A DNA stretch of 63,461 nucleotides, filler included, from Asterionella formosa (GCA_002256025.1; 19 parts of 19 records of this genome joined end to end with filler, not necessarily neighbours in it), one strand, 5' to 3'; positions 48,948 through 60,771 are shown, counted from the whole stretch's first letter. Translations and numbers: made by a program. The notes: a model not told the origin generated them from the letters alone.

Positions 48948-50105
48948 TCATTATGGTTATATTTAGGAGGATCAACTAGTATTTATTATTCTAATTACGG
49001 AACTGTTATGTTTTGATTATCAATAAGTAGGGTATCTTTTTGTTAAACTGTTTGTTGAAATTTACTTTTACACTCTTCTTTATGGATGTTTCCCTGATTA
49101 TGATACATACATTCTGAGCGATGCTTGTTTTGTAAACTCGTTCATTTTGCATACAGAAGGATCGATCATCATGGATATGGAGATGAATAGCACACCGTCA
49201 CCATCTGGGGATAGCCGGAGTAAAACAAGTCCATATATAAAATGTATTCGCAACAGCAACAAATCAGACATGATTCCTCGGAGAAAGTGATGAGTGAGTA
49301 CCATGTACTGGTACCAGGTACCTGTCGTATCCCCGTCGTCTTGGTCTACAGTATTAGGGGTTTATTATAAATAGAGGAGGATCAGAACAGCTGGATATGT
49401 TCCGATCCTGAGAATTTGAGAAAAAGGATTATGTATGCACTATTTACTTATAGAAGTAGAATTACTCTACAGGAAGAGAGGAATGGATTGACCATTGGAG
49501 ATCATTTCCATTTTTCACAGTTTATATCATAATTTTAGTTTACGTTTTACATTTTAACCTTTATTATCCGGTATTGCCACTGAGAATATCGTCACTGTTT
49601 AAGACGGGTTTTGGTTAAGAAGGCTAGCCAGTCCATTTTCCCTCCACTACATAATATATTAGGAGAAAGTTATGGTGATCACGTTTTTACTATTTACATA
49701 GCAAAATACTATGGCCCATATTTCGATTCATGACGTAAGTTTGCAATATATTAGCTTTTTTGATGAAAATGTAACTTCGTCAAAGCATAGAATTTCTGGC
49801 ACTGGATTCGATTTCAGGGATGAACACAATTGAGGAAATGGTAAGTTGTCCAAAATCATGATGTCATAACTTCGGCAAGACCACTTCGGCAAGACCATCA
49901 TCATCGTTGTAACTGTTGATTGTTATTTGCACTTACGTCCTGTCGTTGCTCTTGTAAACACAGCGGATGATGCAATGTGGAGGAGGAACGGCAGGGGAGA
50001 CGCCGNNNNNNNNNNNNNNNNNNNNNNNNNNNNNNNNNNNNNNNNNNNNTTAATTAATTAANNNNNNNNNNNNNNNNNNNNNNNNNNNNNNNNNNNNNNN
50101 NNNNN

Positions 50106-50288
50106 CACATTGCTAGGCATACCTGCGCTACAACTCTTTTAAACAGGGGTGTTTCTATTGATATTGTTTCTAAATATCTAGGACATACCAGTACCAAACC
50201 AACGAGGATATATGCAAAAATGCAAGATGAAACTATGAAAAAGGAAATCTTAAGGGCGTTTGAAAAAGGAAATAAAAACAGCATTTAA
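50106..50288 (+). CDS. Tyrosine recombinase/integrase C-terminus (Bacteroidota-like, partial; not in the ORF track)
   Basis: HIARHTCATTLLNRGVSIDIVSKYLGHTSTKPTRIYAK contains HxxRH, LGH and the catalytic Tyr. Confidence 0.9.
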   Translation, partial: HIARHTCATTLLNRGVSIDIVSKYLGHTSTKPTRIYAKMQDETMKKEILRAFEKGNKNSI

Positions 50289-50463
50289 GTACTTGATTAC
50301 CAAGTGAAATTTGATTTCATAAATTTGCTGCAATATTTTACATTAAAATTTTATTCAACAAGTTTAAAATGATAATGAATTGTGAATCCAATACAATAAT
50401 TTATAATAGATTTTAATTTTTTAAATTTTCTTCCCAAAACCAAGCCAACAGGTAATTAAGTAA

Positions 50464-51255
50464 ATGTTATTAATGAAAATTAACTTTTCAACCAAGTTAG
50501 AGATTATCCTCTCGAAACTGACTTTCAAGGAATTTACGCAAGAGGAATTTGAATCGAAATTCACAGATTTTGAACAAATCCAATTTTATAATGGTTCCAA
50601 AATTTTTGATGAGATTAAAGCCTATGTTACAGAAACTCCATTTCTATATAGTGAATATTTGCCTCAATATTTATATTATCTTAATTTAATATCAAAGGAA
50701 AATATTGATAATTTGGAAATTTCTGATAAAATAGAAAATGACTTTTTTAAGTCCTTTATTAAATTTTTAAGTGAATGTGATATTCTCTTTGAAAAATCTA
50801 ATTTTAATGTAGATAGAACAGATTACTTTGTGAATATTGATAAAGAACAAATGATAACCCTAGATGGTTACTTAATTCAATCCATTTTTCTAGATTATAA
50901 TATAGTCTTAAGAATGACCGAAATCTTTAAGGCAATAGATAGTGATACAAAACAAATAATAGTCAATTTTAAAGATGAATTAAAATCAACATTACAAAAT
51001 GCAGCAAGTTTTTGGGAAGTCAGCGATTTAGGAAAATATAAATATAAAAGTGTCATTTTTAATAATGGTCAAAAGAATCCATTAAAGTTAAATTTATCCG
51101 AACCAATTATACTTTTGATAATTAGTGCTGTAAATAAGGTAAAAGAAGTAAGTCAAGAATTATTTGAGGACACTTTTACACCTGAACTTATCATGGAAAT
51201 CGTTGAATTAATAGAACTTTTCGAATCGTATGATTTTAAAAATGAAATAGGTTAG
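50464..51255 (+). CDS. Hypothetical bacterial protein, 263 aa, very AT-rich (integrase-adjacent cargo)
   Basis: Complete intronless ORF downstream of the integrase; acidic and F/I/L-rich; no motif recognised. Confidence 0.7.
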   Translation: MLLMKINFSTKLEIILSKLTFKEFTQEEFESKFTDFEQIQFYNGSKIFDEIKAYVTETPFLYSEYLPQYLYYLNLISKENIDNLEISDKIENDFFKSFIKFLSECDILFEKSNFNVDRTDYFVNIDKEQMITLDGYLIQSIFLDYNIVLRMTEIFKAIDSDTKQIIVNFKDELKSTLQNAASFWEVSDLGKYKYKSVIFNNGQKNPLKLNLSEPIILLIISAVNKVKEVSQELFEDTFTPELIMEIVELIELFESYDFKNEIG

Positions 51256-51451
51256 TCGGAGTAGTAAGCGAGCAACAGAATGCCATCTGTTAATTTATTA
51301 TATGATACCATAAATTTTCTAATGGCACGGACCAACAAGTAGATGACAAACNNNNNNNNNNNNNNNNNNNNNNNNNNNNNNNNNNNNNNNNNNNNTTAAT
51401 TAATTAANNNNNNNNNNNNNNNNNNNNNNNNNNNNNNNNNNNNNNNNNNNN

Positions 51452-51756
51452 CCAGTACGAGGTACCAGGTACCCCTGGTAGAATTTCTTGGACAATACCA
51501 TGGCATACTGCAGGGTTCCATCGGTCCGTTGGTAGAATATTCTACCAAAGTACTACTGGGTAGAATTTTTGCCTTTCTTTATACCATATTTTCACCACGG
51601 TCAAGCAAGGGAGGAATACCGGACAGTATTGACCTGTCCAGAGTAGAACACTACCGGAGCCCTACAGAAAAATACTACGTTGGTAGAATTTCGTCAATAA
51701 TGTGCCAGTATTGACAATTAATTCTACCCCCAATACTACCATTTTTTGTCGTAGTG
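51452..51756. mobile_element. CACTA/EnSpm-type transposon terminus
   Basis: Ends TTTTTTGTCGTAGTG (reverse complement CACTACGACAAAAAA), with repeated subterminal GGTAGAAT motifs in both orientations (about 51477, 51531, 51559, 51682, 51721). Confidence 0.65.
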
Positions 51757-51872
51757 AAAGCTAGTGCACTAGTTAACTATCATGACGCACGTACAAAGCA
51801 TGCACTATGTGGGAGTGGGCGGTGCCACCTTTGCTGGTACCAGGTACCAGGTACCTGGTACCTGGTACCTGG

Positions 51873-52698
51873 TGAAGTATCTAACTAGAAGTAGTAGTAT
51901 TTGTTGAATATATGAGCTTATTTGTTAATCCTTGTGTGTAACTCGTTCTCCAAGTCGACACCAAACTATACAATGAGGGTTAGTCGAGTTCTCTCATTAT
52001 TGAGTTCTTATACATACATGATATAACACTAACCCTATATACATCTGTATTGATGCGCAAGATCGCTCACTCTCCCACACCAAGGGAAAACCTTTTACCT
52101 TTGAAAAGGTTTGATGTAATGGATATTAATTCAGTCCGTAGTATGCATAGTTTGTTGAAAAGTAACTGGACCATTGGCATATACTTGAATAAATAGAATA
52201 AGGACCTCGTCCATGGTTATCCAAGGTAGTAGGATTATCCGATAGGATTAAAACCTCATCAACAACCTTGTAATCGCAAGAACGACGACGGAAAGTATCA
52301 CAACGTAGTCATTTGTCAATTATCACTTATCGACATTGATATCCCAATATCAATTACATATCTATAATCAAATCATGTTGTAAAACCCATGTTCCTGGTG
52401 AAAATACACAATGTACTATAAATAGTAGCTCGAGCTGCATATGATGCAGCAAACTGGTATCCACAATATTCTGAACTTGAAATTCCTTGATTGGAGGATG
52501 AGCCTTTAACATGACTTGTACATAGGCTTTTAATGTGTATGAAAGGAATACCAGTAAATTGACCTCCATTGTCATGTATACAACCTTCTGGATGGAGATA
52601 TCCGTCCAACCAATCAGTTTTTAAATTTCATCGCAATATATTCTGATGTCTTATTATTGATATGTGAAATTTCTGGTAAATTGGTGACTGTGTTAACT
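51873..52698 (-). mobile_element. Gypsy LTR retrotransposon 3' end: decayed integrase, PPT and 3' LTR (51873-52069)
   Basis: Integrase fragments TNLPEISHINNKTSEYIA, CIHDNGGQFTG, AASYAARAT and QVYANGPVT...INIHYIKPF. PPT GTGTGGGAGAG (52070-52080) abuts the LTR start TGAGCG. Confidence 0.85.
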
Positions 52699-53862
52699 NN
52701 NNNNNNNNNNNNNNNNNNNNNNNNNNNNNNNNNNNNNNNNNNTTAATTAATTAANNNNNNNNNNNNNNNNNNNNNNNNNNNNNNNNNNNNNNNNNNNNGT
52801 GAATGATTTAGTCGTTAGCATGCCTTCTGAGGAGGTGGCAGGTTTGATTCCTGAACTCTCCACCTGTCTTTTTGATGAAGTACTAGTTCTAGGCAAGTGC
52901 TGGTGTCGGGGCTGACAACAGACAGCAGGTCTAAGGTCTTCTGGGCCACAGTACAACTTCACAACCTCCACAATTGTCAAGTTCTTAAACAAAAGCAGCT
53001 TTAAATTTTAAATAATATTTTAGAGCAGGTGAGTTTACTTTCACATGTAGCTATATTACTCAGTATGAAAAAGTATATTTTCGATGAGGCAAAAAATCCT
53101 CAATAATGTTGAAACCTAATTTTTTAGCCGCAATCCATCCTAAAATTATGCGATCTTGTAATCTTACTATATAATTGTTGAGCTTCAAGAAGCAAGTAAC
53201 TCAATTTTTCGGACAGCCGATGACGAGGAGTAACAGTGTACAGGGAAGGTCCGGTAATCGAGATTTTATACCTTAATTAGGTAATCGTTTTCAAAGTAAT
53301 AACCGTGTTTTACCGGACCTTCCAAGGTATCCTAATTGTACCGGTATGGACGTCGGAAAACCTACGTACGACGAACCTTTCCATTATCAGTGCGTAGAAC
53401 GTATCTGTTTTTATGTACCCCTGGCACCGTAATAGCATTTCGAAGCGATCTACCGGTGTCTAGTCTCATGTTTACTCCCAGGTACCGGTACACTGGTACT
53501 GGTATTTGACTTGGATTCGGCTGACGTATCAATGTTCTGCTATCAAATGCATCAGGTAGACTGCCGGTAATCTTACCGGAGTACCAGGGTAGGTTGGCTA
53601 CAAGTGTATGTATAATACATACCGGCATGCTTCTTCGCTCTTCTATCCGATGCGTCCTTTTGCTTTGCTTGATTTCCGTCGTCGTCATGATGATTCTATT
53701 CATTTGATGTAACCAAACCATATTAGTATTCACGTATCATACCAGGTACCGGTACATACTCAATATTTCCTTACATTCTGAGTGAATCTTTAACATTTCG
53801 ATCATCTTTGTCGGTTGGGTACCTGGTACTGTATCCGAAAAGATACTAACCAATCTCTCACA

Positions 53863-54044
53863 ATGATTTCGACCCGCATCATTCGACACGCTGCGACTCG
53901 CCGCGTCGTCGTCCGCACCTTTTCCAATGCCGAGCAAATGGAAGCCATGAAGTCGCATCTGGCCAACATGCGCATGACCTACTCGTTCGAGCCTATTCCA
54001 TATGATTCCAGGCTTCCCATAATTCCCATCAACGACGACGCCAA
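53863..54044 (+). CDS. 5' end of a probable mitochondrial protein (partial)
   Basis: MISTRIIRHAATRRVVVRTFS is an Arg-rich presequence with no acidic residues; the frame is open to the contig end. Confidence 0.6.
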
Positions 54045-54618
54045 NNNNNNNNNNNNNNNNNNNNNNNNNNNNNNNNNNNNNNNNNNNNTTAATTAATTAA
54101 NNNNNNNNNNNNNNNNNNNNNNNNNNNNNNNNNNNNNNNNNNNNTAGCGGTGGCTTACAGTTTTTCACTGGTATCAGAGGATTCCTTGCTGCTCTGTTTT
54201 TGTGCTTAATATCTTTGTCCTTATTCTTGCTACATATGAATAGCAAAAAAGTGTGCTGCTTCCGCAACATTCGCCTACAGCAACCTCAAATTTGTCCCAA
54301 CGATTGACACACAGGGGCATCTCGTTTTTCATCTCAATTCAGCCTTGTTCCCAGTCCAGTATAGAAGCTTGGGTCTCAATGCATAGAGTGAGGCAATCAC
54401 ATTTTAAATTTTAAATCATGGGCAACATGTATCTTCATGGTGCCTGGTACTATTACCCAATTTCTCATTCAACGCAGCCATGCAACCCTGCTGCTCAACT
54501 TACATTGTCTGATTTTACTTGGTGTCAGTGGGGCTGCCGAAGTGCAACCAACCATTGTCTACTCTAGTCAAGCTTCTATAATGCGTACTATAAAATTAAA
54601 TGATTCCCTATTTAAAAT

Positions 54619-55390
54619 CTAATCAGTCTGAAGGACACATGATTGAGAGACAGGGGACCAATTCTGCTGCACCAACCATAGCTTATTGGAAAATTCCAAA
54701 AATTGTAGTATGCAAAGGCCTGAAAGTCCACATGAACATCCCCAAAGTCCCAAGCGCACTTGTCAGCATTCTCATACCCATTTGCATCATACCAAGCCTC
54801 TTTTCCAGAATCATCAACATAAGGATCTGTGACTGCTTCAGTTAGTTCATGTGCAAACACACTCAACATGGCATCAACGGCCAAATTATTGTTAGGGGAT
54901 GAGCCAAACCAATTCCAAAATGAACCACATCTAGAAAACAAGCAATATTCCGAAGCTATTCCCAACATTGAATACTGGACTCTGATATTATTCTTATTTT
55001 CATTGGTTGAACCATGATAACCACAGTAAGTGGTGCAAAAACTATTTTTTGATGCATCCATGGATTCCTTGACATTGTCGGATGGAAGAACAATATAGAT
55101 TGCATTAGTATCTGCAGGAAAAGTGCCCGAGTTAATGTTTCCAATGACGATTTTGGAAATGTTGTTGGGCCCCAAATTGAACCCACGACTTCCCTTGTCA
55201 GTGATGGTTTGCTTCACCTTGACTGTTCCATTGACCATGACCTTTTCAGAGTTCTGATCTTTTTGAAAGTAGTATTGTTTGGTTATACCGTCGTACCAAC
55301 TTGATGTTCCAATTCCATTTGCAAAAATTTCGATCAACTACATCTCCTCGTTTTCCCAATACCCGTAGTAAATCAAATAAAGATCAACAT
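54619..55390 (-). pseudogene. PHI-1/EXORDIUM-family (phosphate-induced protein 1) pseudogene
   Basis: YLIYYGYW, FCTTYCGYHG, SPNNNLAVDAMLSVFAHELTEAVTDP and WYDANGYENADKC. In-frame TAG at 55338-55340; a frameshift near 54700 hides the terminal WLVQQNW...C motif. Confidence 0.82.
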
Positions 55391-55670
55391 NNNNNNNNNN
55401 NNNNNNNNNNNNNNNNNNNNNNNNNNNNNNNNNNTTAATTAATTAANNNNNNNNNNNNNNNNNNNNNNNNNNNNNNNNNNNNNNNNNNNNCAATTTTTTT
55501 ACGTGATTATTATTAATCAAAATCAACACTGGTGGAATTATGTCTACTGATGAGGATGGTACCAGGTAGTATTGTTTGCCAAATATGTGCCGAACAAGGT
55601 CCATTATTTTAGCTACCTGTTATTCTTATTTTTCTCTCGCCAACACAGCACTGCAACGACAGTAAATATC

Positions 55671-56541
55671 ATGGATCTGTGTGACAATAACGACGAGGAC
55701 AAATGTAAATTCTGCGGTAAAGGTCCTTTTAAATCAATTCGTGGTCATCACAGACACAGCCCCTCGTGTGGGCAACAATATATGATTCAATCTCAGATTC
55801 AAGCATCGCAGACATCATCAACGGTAGCGACTTCTCCAAGAGATGGACGACACCACTCTCAAGACCCCCTTGCAAAATTCCTGAAACAATCGCCAGCAGC
55901 CATTGATTTCAGGTGGTGCACGCTTTATCTTAAAGTTACAGGAAAATAATGGTGGATTCGCTATTGCATCTGTCACTTCCAATTCGGCGACTATAAAGAC
56001 ATCAGGAGTTGACCTTGATTTAATTCGATTTCTAGGAAAGGAAGTGCTTCCCTTCATAACCAAAAAGTCAATTGAGGTCCTGTGTGAACACAAATGAGAT
56101 GGAAATACTTTCCATGCCCATCCCAATTATTTGGGACAGGGGTCTTGGTATGATTGGGCCGACTTCAAATGGATAGACGAGGAAAGTGGTATACCTTACA
56201 TAGTGTTGGGGAAAATCTTTGGTTTTGTATTGCTTGGGCCTGAATTTGATTTTACTGATCCACGATTGTGTGCATCACTCCGCAACGAAACAACTGGAAT
56301 CTTTGCAATTGTGAACTCATGTAAGGATCCAAGTGAGAGTTTATTTAATAGCCGTCGTTCTAAAATGTTTGAGATAGCTCACCTGATGGGTTATGAATCA
56401 GGAAAGAGAAAACAGCTCATGTTTGTTACAGTCGATTGTATTTCTGCTCCTGCTGTTGTTGTCCCTAATATTGGAGGAATACCTGGGTCGGTATTACAAG
56501 TTAAACCTCAGCATACTTGGCAATCTTTTTTCTCATTTTGA
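55671..56541 (+). pseudogene. Internally deleted Plavaka-like transposase remnant
   Basis: N-terminal zinc finger CKFC...H...C, then after a frameshift and a stop FHAHPNYLGQGSWYDWA...GKIFGFV...VDCISAPAVVVPNIG. Confidence 0.5.
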
Positions 56542-56924
56542 GATTCTAGATATGCATGCACACAACACAGCAGTACTAGTTATTTCTATTAATATATATA
56601 TTAGCTACCGGTAGCTATATGTATGAACGTTGTATGCTACACGAAGGCCAAAGCGAGCGCTGGTCAATGTGTACGACAGGGTCTCCAATAAATCAGTTCT
56701 CGACCATGCCCGGAAGCCTTCCGAAATCAAGAAAATNNNNNNNNNNNNNNNNNNNNNNNNNNNNNNNNNNNNNNNNNNNNTTAATTAATTAANNNNNNNN
56801 NNNNNNNNNNNNNNNNNNNNNNNNNNNNNNNNNNNNCACCACAAATATCCTTACTATTTCATTAAGTAAAATGCGTGTTGCGAATGTATTAATTAGCCTC
56901 AAGAGCAGGATCTTAGTTGAACTT

Positions 56925-57239
56925 TCAAATGAATTATTTGAAACATCAACTAATTCAGTCTCGTTTCAAAATTCATTGTGAAAACTTCACATGAAACAGT
57001 TAAAACTTCACATGAAACCGTTAAAACTTCACATGAAACCGTTAAAAGTAACCTTTTTTACGTGAAGAGTGGCATTAATGCATGTGAAGTACCACATAAT
57101 TAACACTCGTACGTAGACGAAATTTCGAAAAGTCAAATGAATTATTTGAAACATCAACTAATTCAGTCTCGCGTTCAAAATTCATTGTGAAAACTTTACA
57201 TGAAGCAGTTAAAACTTCACATGAAACCGTTAAAAGTAA
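56925..57239. repeat. Duplicated block (56925-57051, 57133-57239) containing 21-bp tandem AAAACTTCACATGAAACCGTT
   Basis: Three tandem units in the first block and two in the second. Confidence 0.8.
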
Positions 57240-58182
57240 TCACAGGACTGTATTTAGCAATGCGAAGACGATCTTTTGTTAAAATTACACCAGTCACGCT
57301 TATTTTCTTGATGTGTCATGGAATTGTCTTCAACTTCAACTATTTATTTACGATTTTGTGTTAGAAAATTGACACCAGGCACACGCGCATTCTCTCGACA
57401 TAACACGATTGCCTTCAGCGATGCGAAGTCGATTTTGGCTTACGGTAGAACTCATCCTTGAGGATGTGCTTGAGTTGATCTTTGAATGATTGTTGACTCT
57501 CGAAGTAAGTCAAAACCAAGCGAATCAATTATTTTGTGTTCTTTTCATTTTTTCCATTCAAACACTTGTTGCCACGCATTGTCGATCAAGCAAAATGACA
57601 ATCAACCTCAAATCTTCCTTGGCGGAAACCTCTTGATCTTCTGGATGAGTTATCATGAGTTTTAAGAGCTTCTTTAAGGTCTTTAGACAGGCAGCGAAGT
57701 CGATTATAAACATGTCGAAATGTTTTATTGAGTAATATCATGGCATCCAGCCACTGTTATTGACTCTCAGAGATATCATGAAGAAGGTAATCTTTCAGCC
57801 ACATCACTATGACTTTCTTGTTGAGACTGTTATGGTGGGACTGAGCACCTGAGTGTATTGCAACGCTCATCCAGTCAGACAAGACGATATCTGTGAGTCA
57901 CCTTTTGTAGCAGTAGGTGAACAAGCAAGGAATCTGCTGGACTGAAGATATATGTGTTAGCCATATCACAGGATTTACTGAAATCAATAAACAAGCTTCC
58001 CCTGAGCGTCAATTGATCATATCTTTGCTGTAAGACTCCAAATGTCAACCTGGCTTGTAAGGATACACAAAGAAGTTTGAANNNNNNNNNNNNNNNNNNN
58101 NNNNNNNNNNNNNNNNNNNNNNNNNTTAATTAATTAANNNNNNNNNNNNNNNNNNNNNNNNNNNNNNNNNNNNNNNNNNNNT

Positions 58183-58842
58183 GCTTTATTAATAGAGAAT
58201 CTAAAGTTGAGTGGCTATACCTCCCGTTATTGTAAAGATGGTGAAGAGTGTTGGCAAATTTTCCAAAAGGAACGATTCGACCTTTGCATATTTGATGTAA
58301 ATATGCCTAAGAAAAATGGATTTGAACTAGCTAAATTGGTTAGAGAAAAAAACCAGCACACTCCTATTTTATTTTTAACAGCCAATTCTTCGGAAGAAGA
58401 CAAGTTAAAAGGATTTGAAATTGGAGCAGATGAATACATCACCAAACCATTTAGCACACAAGAATTATTGGCTAGGATAAAAGTAATTCTTAAAAGAAGC
58501 ACGCAAGCTGCTGCAGAATCCCTGGTTCAGGATGAAACATATGAGATTGGCAATATGAAGGTTGATATACCTAATCACCTTTTAACATTTGGAGAGAATC
58601 ATAAAAAAATCAGTAATACAGAAGCTGATTTAATAAAATTATTCATTAAAAATAAAAACCAACTCATTTCCAGAAACAACTTACTATTAAGCGTTTGGGG
58701 AAGGGATGATTTTTATACTGCAAGAAACCTAGATGTTTATATTAATAAACTAAGAAAATTAATAAAAGAGGATTCGAACCTGGAAATTGTAAATGTACAT
58801 GGTTCCGGATTTAAACTTGTTGAGAAAGAAAACGCTTCATAG
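58183..58842 (+). CDS. OmpR/PhoB-family response regulator (Bacteroidota-like, 5' partial)
   Basis: DLCIFDVNMPKKNGFELA, PILFLTA, GADEYITKPF and winged-helix RNLDVYINKLRK...NVHGSGFKL. Confidence 0.93.
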   Translation, partial: ALLIENLKLSGYTSRYCKDGEECWQIFQKERFDLCIFDVNMPKKNGFELAKLVREKNQHTPILFLTANSSEEDKLKGFEIGADEYITKPFSTQELLARIKVILKRSTQAAAESLVQDETYEIGNMKVDIPNHLLTFGENHKKISNTEADLIKLFIKNKNQLISRNNLLLSVWGRDDFYTARNLDVYINKLRKLIKEDSNLEIVNVHGSGFKLVEKENAS

Positions 58843-58895
58843 AAAAGCCCATTAGTTTGGGTATTTTCGTAATTATAAAGCGTTTTCTTCCTAAC

Positions 58896-59426
58896 ATGAA
58901 ACTGAATAAATTATACGGCATTTTACTTGGTTTCTCCATCTGCTTTTGCCTGCCTAAACTATGGGCATCGCAAGACAGTAGCTGGAGTTCAAAGGCTGCT
59001 ATTTTAATTCAGGAAGCTCGTATACAAAGTTTATCTCAACCTAATTTAGCCATAAAATCGCTCGATGAAGCACTCATTATTAGTGAAAGAGATAATGATG
59101 AAGTAATGCAATCGGATATACTTCAATTGCAAGGCCAATATCTTATAAACTTAGGTAATTACAATTTATCAAGAGAAAAGCTTCAAAAAGCCCTTTTAAT
59201 TCACCAAAAATTTCAGGCTTCAGAAAAAAAAGCTCAAACATCTTATTTAATAGGAAAAACCTACCATGCACAAGGTTATCATCCGGGTGCTGTTAAAAGT
59301 TATTTAGAAGCTTTGCGTTTTTTTGAACAGAAAAAAGATGCAAATGGATTGTTACTTTGTTACAACGGATTGGCAAAAGTAAATTACCAGTTGAAGGATT
59401 ATGAAAGTTCAAGCACCCAATACAGA
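58896..59426 (+). CDS. Signal-peptide TPR protein, likely the N-terminus of a sensor histidine kinase (partial)
   Basis: MKLNKLYGILLGFSICFCL signal-like segment and TPR helices; directly follows the response regulator. The kinase domain is not visible. Confidence 0.7.
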
Positions 59427-59954
59427 NNNNNNNNNNNNNNNNNNNNNNNNNNNNNNNNNNNNNNNNNNNNTTAATTAATTAANNNNNNNNNNNNNNNNNN
59501 NNNNNNNNNNNNNNNNNNNNNNNNNNATGGTAATGCACTCCGCTCATTTCCCTGGGATTTCCGGGAAAGTCCGAATATTGCGAATATTTGTCCGTAAATA
59601 TTTAATCAAACCAGCCATATGTGATCAAACCCTAAAAATTGCTTATCGTTATGTTCATTAGGGTCGTTCTTATCATTTTTTTTCGTGTATCACGGAATTT
59701 GAATTTTTTTGAAAATGTATCAGCAACGGTAACTCGATTTGAACTGAATTTCATTCATTCCAAAAGTGTCACTGTATCACTGATTTGTGATCACATTGTA
59801 TCATGGAGTAACATGAATCTTCAACGGCAACTGGCTGGCGAAGATCATGTGTATATCCCTCCGGAATATAATGATGGTCTTGATATCAAGCAACAACAAA
59901 ATATAATTACCGGGAAACTAAATATAATATTAAAAACACACATTTGCATGAATC

Positions 59955-60771
59955 ATGTCGTCGCCATTTGATTTACTTGATGATAATGACGATGACAGTA
60001 GTGATCTTGATTTCTTCTTCCTCTGTCATTTAGCTAAGGAAGCAGAGGAAAAAGAACACTCATCCAAACGACAAAGGCGACGCTGTAAACGGCAGCTTCA
60101 GTCATCTGAACGACGACGACAACGAAGGCACAAGTGGCACCACGAAAGAATCTCCTGGCAATCACATGTCGAGAAACTCAATCACGAGATTGCTTTCGAG
60201 AAGACATACAGAATGTCACACAGATCATTCAAAAAACTCACCTCCATGCTGGAAATTCAGATTGCAGGGAATTATTCCAAATGTGGCACTTCTGAGCCCA
60301 TAATTCCCGAAATTGTGGTAGCCATTGGTTTGCGATGGCTGGCTGGTGGCAGTTACATCGACATTCGTCATGCCTACGGTAGTAGCATTGCTTCACTTTA
60401 TCGATGTCGTGATTTGTTCATTGATGCTGTACTAAACTGTAGAGAACTCGAAATTGTTTTTCCAAAAGAAAAAGAAGAATTTATCAAATTGGCTTCCAGC
60501 TTTGAATGCAAAAGCTCAGAGGGCATGATGAGAGGATGTGTTGGTGCTATTGACGGCTTCCTAGCCACCATCAACCGCCCGACTATAGTTGAAAGTGGCA
60601 ACAACCCTGGTTCATTTTTTTCCGGTCACTACATGACTTATGGAATCAATGTCCAGGCTGTTTGTGATGCTGACTCAAGATTTATTTATTTTGGTGTAAT
60701 TGCACCGGGAAAATGCAGTGACCAAGTAGCTTTTGAACGAACTTCCATTTTCGATCGAGTTGCAGCATTCA
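59955..60771 (+). mobile_element. PIF/Harbinger transposase, second family member, intact 5' part
   Basis: FEKTYRMS, RWLAGGSYIDIR, GCVGAIDG and GINVQAVCD; clearly paralogous to 47417-48647; open to the contig end. Confidence 0.92.

Noticed and set aside
55338..55340. TAG reassignment or readthrough in the PHI-1 gene
   Set aside because: The same gene also has a frameshift, and TAG terminates intact genes here (ETFDH, CDPK, TRM10).
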